Positions 17,701 to 26,280 of a DNA stretch of 51,456 nucleotides are shown here, in pieces. Position numbers and translations under genes: made by a program. The DNA comes from a virus (lineage: Duplodnaviria; Caudoviricetes): IMG/VR virus record IMGVR_UViG_3300024232_000003, positions 1-51,456 of that record; one strand, 5' to 3'. How positions within the stretch are numbered: position 1 is the first letter of the stretch; the number at the start of each line of letters is the position of its first letter. The notes beneath the pieces are model-generated. The model saw only the letters and a program-made list of their open reading frames with translations. It searched no databases and was not told where the DNA came from.

Positions 17701-18489
17701 TTAGGCTGCCGAGGGAGTAACGACTCTCGGAACTATCAGTCCGTCTGGAATAGCCTTATTGGCCACCAATAGGCCCGTGCCATTCTCGCTCCAAGAATCT
17801 CCCCAGGAGTTCCAGATCCTGATGGTGAACGGATTGAGTTTCACAAGGTCCATGGCGCAAACACTATGAGACCACCAGTTGTAATCGACAACGCAAGGGA
17901 TGTTCAGCAGAAGGCAGGTCGCGAGTTGGGCTTTGTTCCTGGGCTCGCCGTCCATCCATTCCGTGATCTTGTGCGTGGCTGCCTCCGCCCTCATGGCTGG
18001 AGTATCGTTGCTCCGCGACATGCTCTGCTGAGGCCACGTCTTGGAAGTCGGGCAGCCATTCGCGGCCTGCCATTCGACTCCTTCGGCTCCCCAACCACCC
18101 TCATCCCGATAGCCCTTGATGATGCAGGCTCCGGCATAGGCCGACAGATCAGCGTAGGGCTCATTGTTGACCGCACGGATGAGCAGATGGGCCGACACTC
18201 CCGAATGCTCCCAGCAGTAGCCCTTGCCGTTCTGGTCTCGGCTCGGGATCGGAGCTCCGTTGTTGCCCTTGTTGCGGATATCGGAGAGTTGCATCTTGGA
18301 AGCGATTTGAGCGGCCAGCCGATCAGGCCACTCCGACTCGGGGATCAAGGGCAGGTCGAACGGCTTGGCACACATCAGGTAGCCAATCGGGTATTGAGCA
18401 TAGTCACGCGGGATCAACCCTTTGGCGTGACCCCAGGGCGAGGTCATATGCTCGTGAGCGTTGCCGTCGTGAATAACGATCTCGGCCAT
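17701..18489 (-). CDS. Papain-like (C1 family) cysteine peptidase
   Basis: DQNGKGYCW (oxyanion Gln, catalytic Cys); WWSHSV (His); IWNSWG..W..NG (Asn); start at MAEIV 18489. Confidence 0.85.
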   Translation of the reverse strand: MAEIVIHDGNAHEHMTSPWGHAKGLIPRDYAQYPIGYLMCAKPFDLPLIPESEWPDRLAAQIASKMQLSDIRNKGNNGAPIPSRDQNGKGYCWEHSGVSAHLLIRAVNNEPYADLSAYAGACIIKGYRDEGGWGAEGVEWQAANGCPTSKTWPQQSMSRSNDTPAMRAEAATHKITEWMDGEPRNKAQLATCLLLNIPCVVDYNWWSHSVCAMDLVKLNPFTIRIWNSWGDSWSENGTGLLVANKAIPDGLIVPRVVTPSAA

Positions 18490-18491
18490 GA

Positions 18492-19334
18492 TTAGCCTCC
18501 GAATTTCTTGAGAAGAGTGAGCATGTCGGCCTCGTTCGCCGGCAGGGGCCCCTCGAAGCCCGTCTTGCCGTTGGAGATTATCACCCACGGAACCGCTGTC
18601 CGTGGCCTCGCCATAGCGTCCTGCCAGAGCTTCGACTCATTGGCCGTCGTCACGTCCTTGTCCCAGATCCGCCATTCCTTGGTTTTGCCGTCTGCGCCCA
18701 CAGCGGCCTTGCTGGTCATGTAGTCACGCACCGCAGGGCCGTAGAGGATCGGAAGCTGCTCTTTGGGAAGCTTCGACAGCTCGGCCGTCTCGTACACGAT
18801 CAGCACCCGGAAGCCGTCTACCGGAATCGGAGGCAACGGACCGGGTGGAGGAGGCGGGGGCGGCTTGGGGCCCGGCGGGTCGGGCGGAGGAGGTGGCGGA
18901 GGCGGCTCGCCCGTCGTGATGGCCTGGCGAATGAGCGTGGCCACGTCTGTCGACCGAAAGATCAGCAATTCGCACGAGCCGGGATTGGCCGCCGTGACGA
19001 TGTAGACGTTGGGCTGCTTGTAATTCCTCAGTTCCGGCTTGCCGTCCTTCGAGTCGCTGAAGACTCCCCACATCGTTATGGGGCCTGGCGCCGCAACGAC
19101 GTTCACGAAGCCCAGAGGTGACGAGGTGACGCCCACGGGGCCGGTTGAAGGAATGACGTAGAGAACGCCAGGCTTGAGAAGGAACGCTGTGCCTGGTGTT
19201 GGTACAGGAACGGGCGGGGCAGGAGGATTGGGCAGAGTGACGACGGGAAGCTTGGGAGGAGGTGGAACAACCGTTTGTCCCCAAGCCGAGCCGACTAAGG
19301 CGCTGGCTAGGAACAATGAAAATAGATACCTCAT
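18492..19334 (-). CDS. Secreted Pro-rich protein with C-terminal globular (thioredoxin-like?) domain
   Basis: Signal peptide; poly-Pro linker; RVLIVYE...VPWVIISNG...GPLP domain. Confidence 0.7.
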   Translation of the reverse strand: MRYLFSLFLASALVGSAWGQTVVPPPPKLPVVTLPNPPAPPVPVPTPGTAFLLKPGVLYVIPSTGPVGVTSSPLGFVNVVAAPGPITMWGVFSDSKDGKPELRNYKQPNVYIVTAANPGSCELLIFRSTDVATLIRQAITTGEPPPPPPPPDPPGPKPPPPPPPGPLPPIPVDGFRVLIVYETAELSKLPKEQLPILYGPAVRDYMTSKAAVGADGKTKEWRIWDKDVTTANESKLWQDAMARPRTAVPWVIISNGKTGFEGPLPANEADMLTLLKKFGG

Positions 19335-19335
19335 T

Positions 19336-19405
19336 TCGACCTTTCAGTTAGAGATCCGGGCGAGCCAGCCGGGAAAGGTCGAGTAAACCAACCGACCCGC
19401 CCGGA
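19336..19405 (-). promoter_or_regulatory. Putative RBS-sequestering RNA pseudoknot/switch
   Basis: Crossing stems 19336-45/19373-82 and 19355-62/19398-405. Confidence 0.55.
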
Positions 19406-19411
19406 CCAGGT

Positions 19412-19804
19412 TTAACTTGCCTTCCCTGAATCGACGACGGCTTGCTTTACTTCGTGCTCGTGGAAAAGCCGTTCCGCCAGATCCGCCGCCTTGACGTCTT
19501 CTTGATCTTTGCTGATCACTGCTATTCGGCGCAAGGCTACGGCGCTGATTTTGAGCTGGGCCGACATGCTGGAGTTGACCAGAGTATGCACGGCCTTCCC
19601 CGTGTTGGAAATCTCCTTGAGCTGCTTGTTGGTGGCGTCAGTGTTATCGGCCAAGGTGTCCTTGACTTCGTTGACGTGCTCGGCGGCCTCCTTTCCCACC
19701 TTGACGATGGCGTTCCTGTTTTGACGCTGCATGTAGCCAAGCCCGAGAGCCACGGCCCCAGCTATCAGAGCCTGCCACACTACGTCTGAGATTGCAAAGA
19801 TCAT
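19412..19804 (-). CDS. Membrane-anchored coiled-coil protein (lysis-associated?)
   Basis: N-terminal TM (VVWQALIAGAVALGLGY) then helical domain. Confidence 0.65.
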   Translation of the reverse strand: MIFAISDVVWQALIAGAVALGLGYMQRQNRNAIVKVGKEAAEHVNEVKDTLADNTDATNKQLKEISNTGKAVHTLVNSSMSAQLKISAVALRRIAVISKDQEDVKAADLAERLFHEHEVKQAVVDSGKAS

Positions 19805-20235
19805 TGAGGCTCCTTGCCGTCAGTCTCCCGATCTGTCTTAATCAACTTTTGCAAGGAAGCAATGTCTTGCTTTACGGATTTAAAGGGGTGACGTGCTATG
19901 GCTGAAATGAGGGCCGCACGAACCGTTTCGATGTTTCCGTTCTTGAGAATGAACTCGTCGGCACCGAGCCGCATTGCCTCCGAGGCTTCGCCGGCCCCGC
20001 TCCACACGACTATAGGAACGTCAGGGAACTGCTTGACTAGGGCCTCCAATGTGCTCATTCCTTTGGAGTCGGGCAGGTTTAGATCGAGAAGGATCACGTC
20101 GGGGATAATGGCTTGCATCATGCCCAGGGCGTCTTGAAGTGTGGCGGCGTGCGTGAATTCAAAGGAGCCTGACAAGATCGAGTCGGCCATCTTAAAATCG
20201 TTTGGGTTATCCTCAATCATTAGCACCGTGGCCAT
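19801..20235 (-). CDS. Single-domain response regulator (CheY-like receiver)
   Basis: VLMIEDN; DVILLDLNLPDSKG (phospho-Asp); PIVVWSG; GADEFILK. Confidence 0.9.
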   Translation of the reverse strand: MATVLMIEDNPNDFKMADSILSGSFEFTHAATLQDALGMMQAIIPDVILLDLNLPDSKGMSTLEALVKQFPDVPIVVWSGAGEASEAMRLGADEFILKNGNIETVRAALISAIARHPFKSVKQDIASLQKLIKTDRETDGKEPQ

Positions 20236-20236
20236 G

Positions 20237-20677
20237 TCACACCCCGCCGACCTGCGATTCTAACTCCTGCACTCTAGAACGGAGTTGGTCGACTTCATCC
20301 GTCAACTCAGTCATTCTTTTTTGCTGCTCGGCGTTGATCTTGAGCAGTTCGTTGATTCTGGTCAGTTGGTTTTCGCACCGCTCTTTGAGGGTCGCATTGT
20401 CGGATAAATAGGCCACGCGATCCTTCTCGAAGCTGTCGACCCTGGCCTGCAAGCCTTCAAGGGCTTCCTTGTACCACCCGAAGCGATGATCATAGATGGC
20501 CTGTTCGAGCGACTCATCCTTGGCCCTTACTCTTTGCTTCTTGGCGGCGATCTGCGGGGCTTCCGATCTCCACTTCCGAGCAAAGAGTAAGACTGCCGGC
20601 ACTAAGCCAATGAGGGCTCCGATTGAATACTTGAGAAGGCTGGGCCACGAAACGAAATCCTCTTCTCCGAACAACAT
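20237..20677 (-). CDS. TM plus long coiled-coil protein (holin/spanin-like)
   Basis: TM SIGALIGLVPAVLLFA then heptad-rich tail; probable start 20677. Confidence 0.6.
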   Translation of the reverse strand: MLFGEEDFVSWPSLLKYSIGALIGLVPAVLLFARKWRSEAPQIAAKKQRVRAKDESLEQAIYDHRFGWYKEALEGLQARVDSFEKDRVAYLSDNATLKERCENQLTRINELLKINAEQQKRMTELTDEVDQLRSRVQELESQVGGV

Positions 20678-20702
20678 CACGGGTTCCTCAGTGTTCGGGT
20701 CT

Positions 20703-20882
20703 CTATCGAAGCGGCGAAACTCCTCCAAAGACCACCCAGCCAAGTATGGCCACACAAAGCCAGGGAATCAGCGTGCTGGTCCCGAACACGACAGGGTTGG
20801 CATTTGGCTGGTTGTAGACGTAGTAGCCGCCTCCAAACAGCCAGAACATCATGAGCACGACGAATATGACGCAGAGAATCAC
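20703..20882 (-). CDS. Two-TM small membrane protein, holin candidate (59 aa, not in ORF track)
   Basis: MILCVIFVVLMMFWLFGGG...LIPWLCVAILGWVVFGG; GTGA overlap with upstream stop. Confidence 0.6.
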   Translation of the reverse strand: MILCVIFVVLMMFWLFGGGYYVYNQPNANPVVFGTSTLIPWLCVAILGWVVFGGVSPLR

Positions 20883-21127
20883 CTTGGTAGCCTCCCGTTT
20901 AGTTGGCGGGCCATCGCATTGGCCTGCTGCTGCTGGGCCTCCATCGCCTGGACCATCGCCATGTTCCGCTGGAACGTGAGGTTAACCTTGGCCATTTCCA
21001 GCATGGCCAGCGCGAAGTCCAGGTTGGCCACGTTCTTCACGCCAACCTGGATGCTTTGCGAGCCTGCGTCGAAGGCCAGTCTCACTTCTGGGCAGCCCGC
21101 TACTTCGATCTGTTGTTCTTCCGACAT
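20879..21127 (-). CDS. Hypothetical protein
   Basis: AGGAGG RBS. Confidence 0.7.
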   Translation of the reverse strand: MSEEQQIEVAGCPEVRLAFDAGSQSIQVGVKNVANLDFALAMLEMAKVNLTFQRNMAMVQAMEAQQQQANAMARQLNGRLPR

Positions 21128-21175
21128 TCTGGCCTCCTTTTGAATGAACTGAAACGGGGGTTTCAGTTGAGCGGA

Positions 21176-21826
21176 TCACGCCATGAGCCAGGTGTTTCCA
21201 GCGCCTGACAAACACACCGCCCAGACGCCTTTGCCTGAGACGCTACTGAAGGCCGCATCGGCCGCTGCTCCGTTAATGACCGCTCCCGTAGGCCCATAGA
21301 CCTTCAGTATCTGGTTGCTCACTCCGTTGCCGATGAAGATCCTTCGACCTGTCACTTTGTCAGCAGCGTTGATAATCACGCCCACCGTGCCGTCCGCTGC
21401 TGTGGTTGGGTAGACCGAAGCCGTTCCAGCAGGCAGAGCCGCCGCAGTCGCAGAGTTCGTCCCCAACGCTATCGTGTTGGCTCCTACCGCAACCGTCTCT
21501 GTGCCGGTGTTCGTGTAGGCAGGAGTCGTCAAGGCCGTTGCGGTAAGCGCCGTTACGGTCAAAGAAGCGATCGTGGAGCCCGAAGTCGGCAGTTGCGTCC
21601 ACGTCGAAAGAAGGTACGTACCTGTGTTGACGTAGAGCGTGCCAGGGTTGGATTTGAAGTTGTAGAACAACGCCCCAGGAGCCCAACCAACGATGCTGTT
21701 GACCGGGACGCCTGTAGTGAGGTTTGAACTCGCTGCCTGGGTAGGCAGGCCAAGTAAATGACCTCGCCCATCTACGTACATGAGCCTGTCTACTGCTGCA
21801 TCAATGTCAAAACGAGAAATTGCCAC
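21176..21826 (-). CDS. Putative virion decoration/fibre protein
   Basis: Thr/Ala-rich; PGALF...LYVNTGT..STW motif; AGGAG RBS. Confidence 0.6.
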   Translation of the reverse strand: MAISRFDIDAAVDRLMYVDGRGHLLGLPTQAASSNLTTGVPVNSIVGWAPGALFYNFKSNPGTLYVNTGTYLLSTWTQLPTSGSTIASLTVTALTATALTTPAYTNTGTETVAVGANTIALGTNSATAAALPAGTASVYPTTAADGTVGVIINAADKVTGRRIFIGNGVSNQILKVYGPTGAVINGAAADAAFSSVSGKGVWAVCLSGAGNTWLMA

Positions 21827-21875
21827 TTTGAACTCCTTTGGCCGCGGGCGCGCCCTTGGCCGTTAACGATGCACG

Positions 21876-22406
21876 CTAAATCGTACAAACCAAAGCGTTG
21901 ACGCTTGTCGAGGAACTGTTGAGGCCGGTCACGATCGAAAACAGTGAAGCGCCGTCCAGATTCTGCCAGAAGCTGGCGACCGAGTTTCCCGTAGGACTGT
22001 GGATTCCATAGTCGAGGCCGACCGTGCCGCCCTTGATGATCACAATGGTTCCCGCGAACCTCTGAGTGGATCCCACGTCTGCATTGTCGAGGCCTGGCAC
22101 CGTGCAAAGCGTCACAGTGTACGACGACAGAAAGTACGGGATCCAGATAGGCACGTGAGGAGCGGTGAGGGCAGGAAGGATTCTCCAGCCATAGACGTTC
22201 ATGATAAGCGTAGTGGCCGATCCCACCCCAAAAGGCAACACCAACATCCTCTTGGGAGCTATGCCGCCAAACTCCGAGTTGAAGTCGATAACCCCGTCAC
22301 CCGAAGGGCGGCTATAGGTCGGCACTGGCTCGACGATAGAGGCCGCGGTCGAGTTCGCTGTAGGGAAGGCGACCTTGAAAGGGCCTGTGCGTTCGTCAAT
22401 CTGCAT
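21876..22406 (-). CDS. Putative virion structural protein
   Basis: Beta-rich 176 aa in late operon; GAGG RBS. Confidence 0.55.
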   Translation of the reverse strand: MQIDERTGPFKVAFPTANSTAASIVEPVPTYSRPSGDGVIDFNSEFGGIAPKRMLVLPFGVGSATTLIMNVYGWRILPALTAPHVPIWIPYFLSSYTVTLCTVPGLDNADVGSTQRFAGTIVIIKGGTVGLDYGIHSPTGNSVASFWQNLDGASLFSIVTGLNSSSTSVNALVCTI

Positions 22407-22425
22407 CGCCTAACCTCTTATAAGA

Positions 22426-22484
22426 CACCCTCCCGTACTCGCTTCTGCGAAGACCGTCGCATAGAACACGAAGCCGGGAGGGTG
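22426..22484 (-). ncRNA. Structured intergenic RNA carrying the antisense copy of the start-associated motif
   Basis: 10-bp closing stem CACCCTCCCG/CGGGAGGGTG; inner GCTTC/GAAGC and TGCGA/TCGCA stems; contains GTGTTCT-A-TGCGACGGTCTT. Confidence 0.6.
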
Positions 22485-22495
22485 ATTCCGTTGTT

Positions 22496-23290
22496 TCACT
22501 CGAATGGCTGGCCGTTGTAGGTCAACTGGCCACGATTCCAGTAGCCGTGACGGTTCCAGCGGCCCCCTCGCTGGGCATTGCCGTTGTAACCGAGTTTCTG
22601 GGGCCGGTTCTTGTTGTCGGCACTCACAGCGCCCAGGAGCATCATCTGGAATTTCATGGTGTGCGGCCCGTCCATCGTGTCGTCGAATCGCTGCTCCGCG
22701 ATCGACAGGCAGCTTTCGATATACAACTCGCGGTACTGGGGGCCACCGTAACAGTAAGGGGTAGCACCCGTGATTCGATCCGGATTGATCGAGTAGACGC
22801 AGCGGATGTCATAGGCCGCGTCTGACGTCGGGAAGATCACCAGGCTCTTGCGCTGGCCCACGGGGGCGTTGATGTCTCGGAGCGGGGCCTCGCAGGCGTA
22901 CAAGGGTGGCCCGGTTCGGCTTGGTTCGAGCTGCTGCATCTGCTGGATCTTGCCGAGGTTGATCCACTCGATCAGCCACGGGGCCGAGACGCTCGTGCTC
23001 GATACGACCGTTAGCGGGCCGACGAAACTACCGAAATCATCCGGCAAGCGAATCGAACTGGCCCCTGAGTCGAGGTGAATCGTCGACTGTGGCTTGAGGA
23101 AGGTCCAGTCGGGAGCGATCTTCTCGCCGTTTACTGGGGGCGGGAAATAAACTTGCGCGATGCCCGAAGTGGTCACGTCGTTTATGACATACAACTGGTT
23201 GTCATTCCATCCAGCAGGGTCGCGCCCGTAACCCTGCTGGACGGCAATGATGGAACGAAGCTCGTCAAAAGTCACTGCAAAGGAGGACAT
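22496..23290 (-). CDS. Head-tail adaptor / tail tubular protein A-like
   Basis: W.FL...LPDDF...GPP..Y...IFPTSDAAY pattern typical of podoviral adaptors. Confidence 0.7.
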   Translation of the reverse strand: MSSFAVTFDELRSIIAVQQGYGRDPAGWNDNQLYVINDVTTSGIAQVYFPPPVNGEKIAPDWTFLKPQSTIHLDSGASSIRLPDDFGSFVGPLTVVSSTSVSAPWLIEWINLGKIQQMQQLEPSRTGPPLYACEAPLRDINAPVGQRKSLVIFPTSDAAYDIRCVYSINPDRITGATPYCYGGPQYRELYIESCLSIAEQRFDDTMDGPHTMKFQMMLLGAVSADNKNRPQKLGYNGNAQRGGRWNRHGYWNRGQLTYNGQPFE

Positions 23291-23348
23291 TAGGCTGCTT
23301 TCTTACAGGTGCATTTGGTCTTGCCGCACTTCGGACACTTCTTGGCTT

Positions 23349-23480
23349 TCATTTCTTGCCTTTCTTCTGTTTGACTCGGGCGGGGAGCTTACCCTTGTTG
23401 TTGAAGTGGTGAGCCTCCGCGAACTTCTTGCCCTTGGTCGCGTAGATAAACGCGCGCTGGGCCTGACTCTTGGTCGGCAT
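23349..23480 (-). CDS. Small basic protein (MPxKSxAQ family)
   Basis: MPTKSQAQRAF...KGKLPARVK; AGGAG RBS. Confidence 0.65.
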   Translation of the reverse strand: MPTKSQAQRAFIYATKGKKFAEAHHFNNKGKLPARVKQKKGKK

Positions 23481-23482
23481 GG

Positions 23483-23794
23483 CTACTCCTTGTGATGGCT
23501 CCTCTTCTTCTTTTCCGGTGGAGCATCGGGGCAGATGCACGGATCTTCCCCGCACACTTCACACTTCTCCGTTGGAGGCGGAGCATCCTCATAGTGGGCC
23601 GGGCAGCACTCATCGGCCTGCTTGAGGACGGCGTGTTCGTGGAAGGTTTGCGTTCCGTCTGGCTCGAAGGCCACCAGGTTGACAATGCCGTCGCCAAACG
23701 ATTTGACGACGATGCATGGTTGACTCTCCGGGTAAGGAACTTCGTCCGAGCCCGGAGGAGTATAAGTCGAGAGGCCGAGGTGAGTCTTCTGCAT
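23483..23794 (-). CDS. Hypothetical protein
   Basis: PCIVVK..VNLVAF motif; C-terminal CEVC..CIC; AAGGA RBS. Confidence 0.65.
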   Translation of the reverse strand: MQKTHLGLSTYTPPGSDEVPYPESQPCIVVKSFGDGIVNLVAFEPDGTQTFHEHAVLKQADECCPAHYEDAPPPTEKCEVCGEDPCICPDAPPEKKKRSHHKE

Positions 23795-23854
23795 GATTGA
23801 TTCCTTGAATCGATAAGGCAGGTGATACCCCGGTATCACCTGGAATTGTGTGGC

Positions 23855-24844
23855 TTACGAGTTTCCAAGCTGGGCGATGCGAATCCAATCCGCAGCCAGG
23901 TAATCGCTCGACTGCGAGGCCATGTTCATGACCGAGAGGACCGGGGACATGAAGGCGGTCGGGAATGCCTGGGTGGCCGTGGCATTCACCACGTCGTCCG
24001 TGCTCAGCCAGGTGCTCATTACCTCGACGCTATTGACGAAGAACCGGATGATCTTGCGACGAGTGTTGCCCGTTGTCTGCCGAGCGGTCGGGGCCGAGCC
24101 GATCAGAGTAGGCAACCCCTGGGGGTCGAAGATCCATCCCAGCTTCACGTAAGCATCGGCCGCCAACACCGTCTGGCCGGCCGCTGCCATCAGGGTCGTG
24201 AGGTTGGTTGGGTAATTGATCGTACCCGAGGCCAGGCAGAACGAGACGCCGACTTCCGTGGGGCCGCCGCGCGTGGAAGTCGTGCCGGCCAGGTTGAAGC
24301 CAAAGGTGTCTCCGGCGGTCATGAGCGTGTCGTCGGTCGTCGTCCAGGGCTGGGCCGCCGCGGGGAGACCGGAGGCCAGGGTCGGAGCCATCAGGCCCAC
24401 GAAGACCGAGGTGTGGGCCGTGGCGATGCTGCTCTTGGCGATGCGGGCCTCGAACCACATCTTCTGGTTCAGGGCCAGAGTGGAGGTCGTGAGGAAGCGA
24501 AAGCCGGCCGCGGACGAAAGCAGCGTGAGGCCTTCGTTGTCGCCGTCAGCAGACATCTTGATGACGCCGCCTTCTTTCTGGCCGTCGTTGATCTGGGTGC
24601 CTGCGTACCCATATGTCGACCACTGCCCGATCGAGCCCGCATAAGCGGAACTCATCGTGGCGTTGCCGATCATGTTGAAGTCGTCGAAGAACCAGGCCCC
24701 GTCTACCGAGCCTTCCTGCATGGCCTCCCAGGGGCAATCGCCCCAGATGGAGTACGACGGGAGCCGGTAATTCCCCAGCGCTACCCCGCCCGAGAAGGCC
24801 GAGGCGGGGTTGTTGGCCAGGTACTGTGGATGTTTTGCTGCCAT
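23855..24844 (-). CDS. Putative capsid-associated (decoration/minor head) protein
   Basis: FFDDF...WFEARI...YVKLGW..D...FFVN...DWIRIAQ beta-sandwich; downstream of MCP; high GC3. Confidence 0.6.
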   Translation of the reverse strand: MAAKHPQYLANNPASAFSGGVALGNYRLPSYSIWGDCPWEAMQEGSVDGAWFFDDFNMIGNATMSSAYAGSIGQWSTYGYAGTQINDGQKEGGVIKMSADGDNEGLTLLSSAAGFRFLTTSTLALNQKMWFEARIAKSSIATAHTSVFVGLMAPTLASGLPAAAQPWTTTDDTLMTAGDTFGFNLAGTTSTRGGPTEVGVSFCLASGTINYPTNLTTLMAAAGQTVLAADAYVKLGWIFDPQGLPTLIGSAPTARQTTGNTRRKIIRFFVNSVEVMSTWLSTDDVVNATATQAFPTAFMSPVLSVMNMASQSSDYLAADWIRIAQLGNS

Positions 24845-24907
24845 TTGCTTTCCTTCCGCCTCGGCGGGTTAGGGGTTGAACTCTTGGCCTTTAGGCCACG
24901 TTTTTGT

Positions 24908-25363
24908 TCAGGACGCCTCTACTTCTTCTTGCTTCCGCTTGGGCCGGGCCTTGATGGGCTTCACTGGGGCCGGAACTAACTCAGGGACTCGCTTGCTGGG
25001 ATTCTTGTTGTAGACCCGCCACGAGAACCACTTCCAGTGATCGTGGGTCTGGCCGCTCTGGTAATCCTTCTGAGGAGTCAATGGATTCACCAGCTTGTCG
25101 CCCTTGTCTTCCTGCACGTACTCCCGCAACTTTCCGTTTACGCGCAGGAAGCCGGTCTCGACTTCTTCGATCTCCCCGGTGTCGGGGTTTTTGCGACGAC
25201 GGGTGGCCGCTTCGATCGGCTCCAACACCTTGCGTTCATTCGGCCTCAAGGGGTCCACCGTGCAGAACCCCACCATATGAACGCACATCCCCAGCTCGTC
25301 CAGCTCATCGTCGGAGCAGCCGAAGGGGCAGAAGTTTTCTACTTCCTCTTTTACGTCAGGCAC
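24908..25363 (-). CDS. Hypothetical protein
   Basis: AGGAG RBS; CPFGC...CVH. Confidence 0.7.
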   Translation of the reverse strand: MPDVKEEVENFCPFGCSDDELDELGMCVHMVGFCTVDPLRPNERKVLEPIEAATRRRKNPDTGEIEEVETGFLRVNGKLREYVQEDKGDKLVNPLTPQKDYQSGQTHDHWKWFSWRVYNKNPSKRVPELVPAPVKPIKARPKRKQEEVEAS

Positions 25364-25374
25364 GGTCTAACTCC

Positions 25375-25611
25375 TTAGCTTGCCAATTTGACAGGGATAT
25401 CCAGGTACTCCCCGATGATGGTCGCAATGCTGTTCGCGTCGGCCTTGTACGATTCAGACGAAAGAATCTTCTGCGCCCATCCATAGTCGGCCACGACTGA
25501 GAACAGTCTCGTTTTGCTTTCAGGCTCGGCTGTGTCGTGGACCATCAGAGCCTTCGGCAAGGAGTCGTTCAAAACGAAATGAGAAAACGTCTTCGTATGC
25601 GTACAAGTCAT
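25375..25611 (-). CDS. Hypothetical protein
   Basis: AGGAG RBS. Confidence 0.6.
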   Translation of the reverse strand: MTCTHTKTFSHFVLNDSLPKALMVHDTAEPESKTRLFSVVADYGWAQKILSSESYKADANSIATIIGEYLDIPVKLAS

Positions 25612-25621
25612 GTCGGACTCC

Positions 25622-25696
25622 TACAATGAAACGAGCACGCGGCGGCTGTTACCCGCCCGTGCCCCGGCACTACTCAGATTGGAGACAAAGCAGTGC
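25622..25696 (+). promoter_or_regulatory. Endonuclease leader element, divergent copy
   Basis: TACAATGA; hairpin 25635-25662; second stem GCACT/AGTGC enclosing GGAG and covering the GTG start. Confidence 0.55.
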
Positions 25697-26280
25697 AACA
25701 CAATTCTACTGATCTTTTCGGCAACCTTCCTTTGCAACAGTGCATGTTGTGCAAAGAGCGCAAACCAATCGACGACTACCCGATGGGCAAAGTCCGTCGC
25801 GTTCGCAACTGCTCGGCCTGCCGATCCAGAACAGAAAAGGCCTGCACGAAATGCAAACGAGTGCAGCCTATGGAAGATTTTCCCTGGAACACTCCAGCCA
25901 AAAATAATCCGTGCTATCCAAAGAAGTATCGAGGATCCCATTGCAACACTTGTGGTGCAGAACACACTAGGGCGTGGGGCCTGAGGGTTGGCAAGGCCCG
26001 CGTCAGACAAATGAACAGGCAAAAGCTCTATGGGATTACCTTGGATCAATACCGGGAAATGGAGTTGGCTCAGGACGGTCGGTGCCTGATCTGCGGAACC
26101 AACGAATTCCCTATCGACAAGCGAAGCAAAATACCGAGACAGCTTGAGGTCGATCACTGCCACAAGACTGGCAAGATTCGCGGACTGCTTTGCCATCGTT
26201 GCAACAATGGCCTTGGCTGTTTCAGTGATGACCCCAAACTCCTTCAAGCTGCAATCTCCTATCTACGTAAGTCGTTGTAA
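25693..26280 (+). CDS. Endonuclease VII-family homing endonuclease (antisense insertion)
   Basis: YGITLDQY..QDGRCLICG...LEVDHCHKTGKIRGLLCHRCNNGLG; N-terminal CxxC repeats. Confidence 0.9.
   Translation: MQHNSTDLFGNLPLQQCMLCKERKPIDDYPMGKVRRVRNCSACRSRTEKACTKCKRVQPMEDFPWNTPAKNNPCYPKKYRGSHCNTCGAEHTRAWGLRVGKARVRQMNRQKLYGITLDQYREMELAQDGRCLICGTNEFPIDKRSKIPRQLEVDHCHKTGKIRGLLCHRCNNGLGCFSDDPKLLQAAISYLRKSL

Noticed and set aside
23822-24979. Long plus-strand ORFs opposite structural genes (also 30397..31536, 34287..35318, 958..1815)
   Set aside because: Antisense shadows of high-GC3 genes, with no motifs or RBS.
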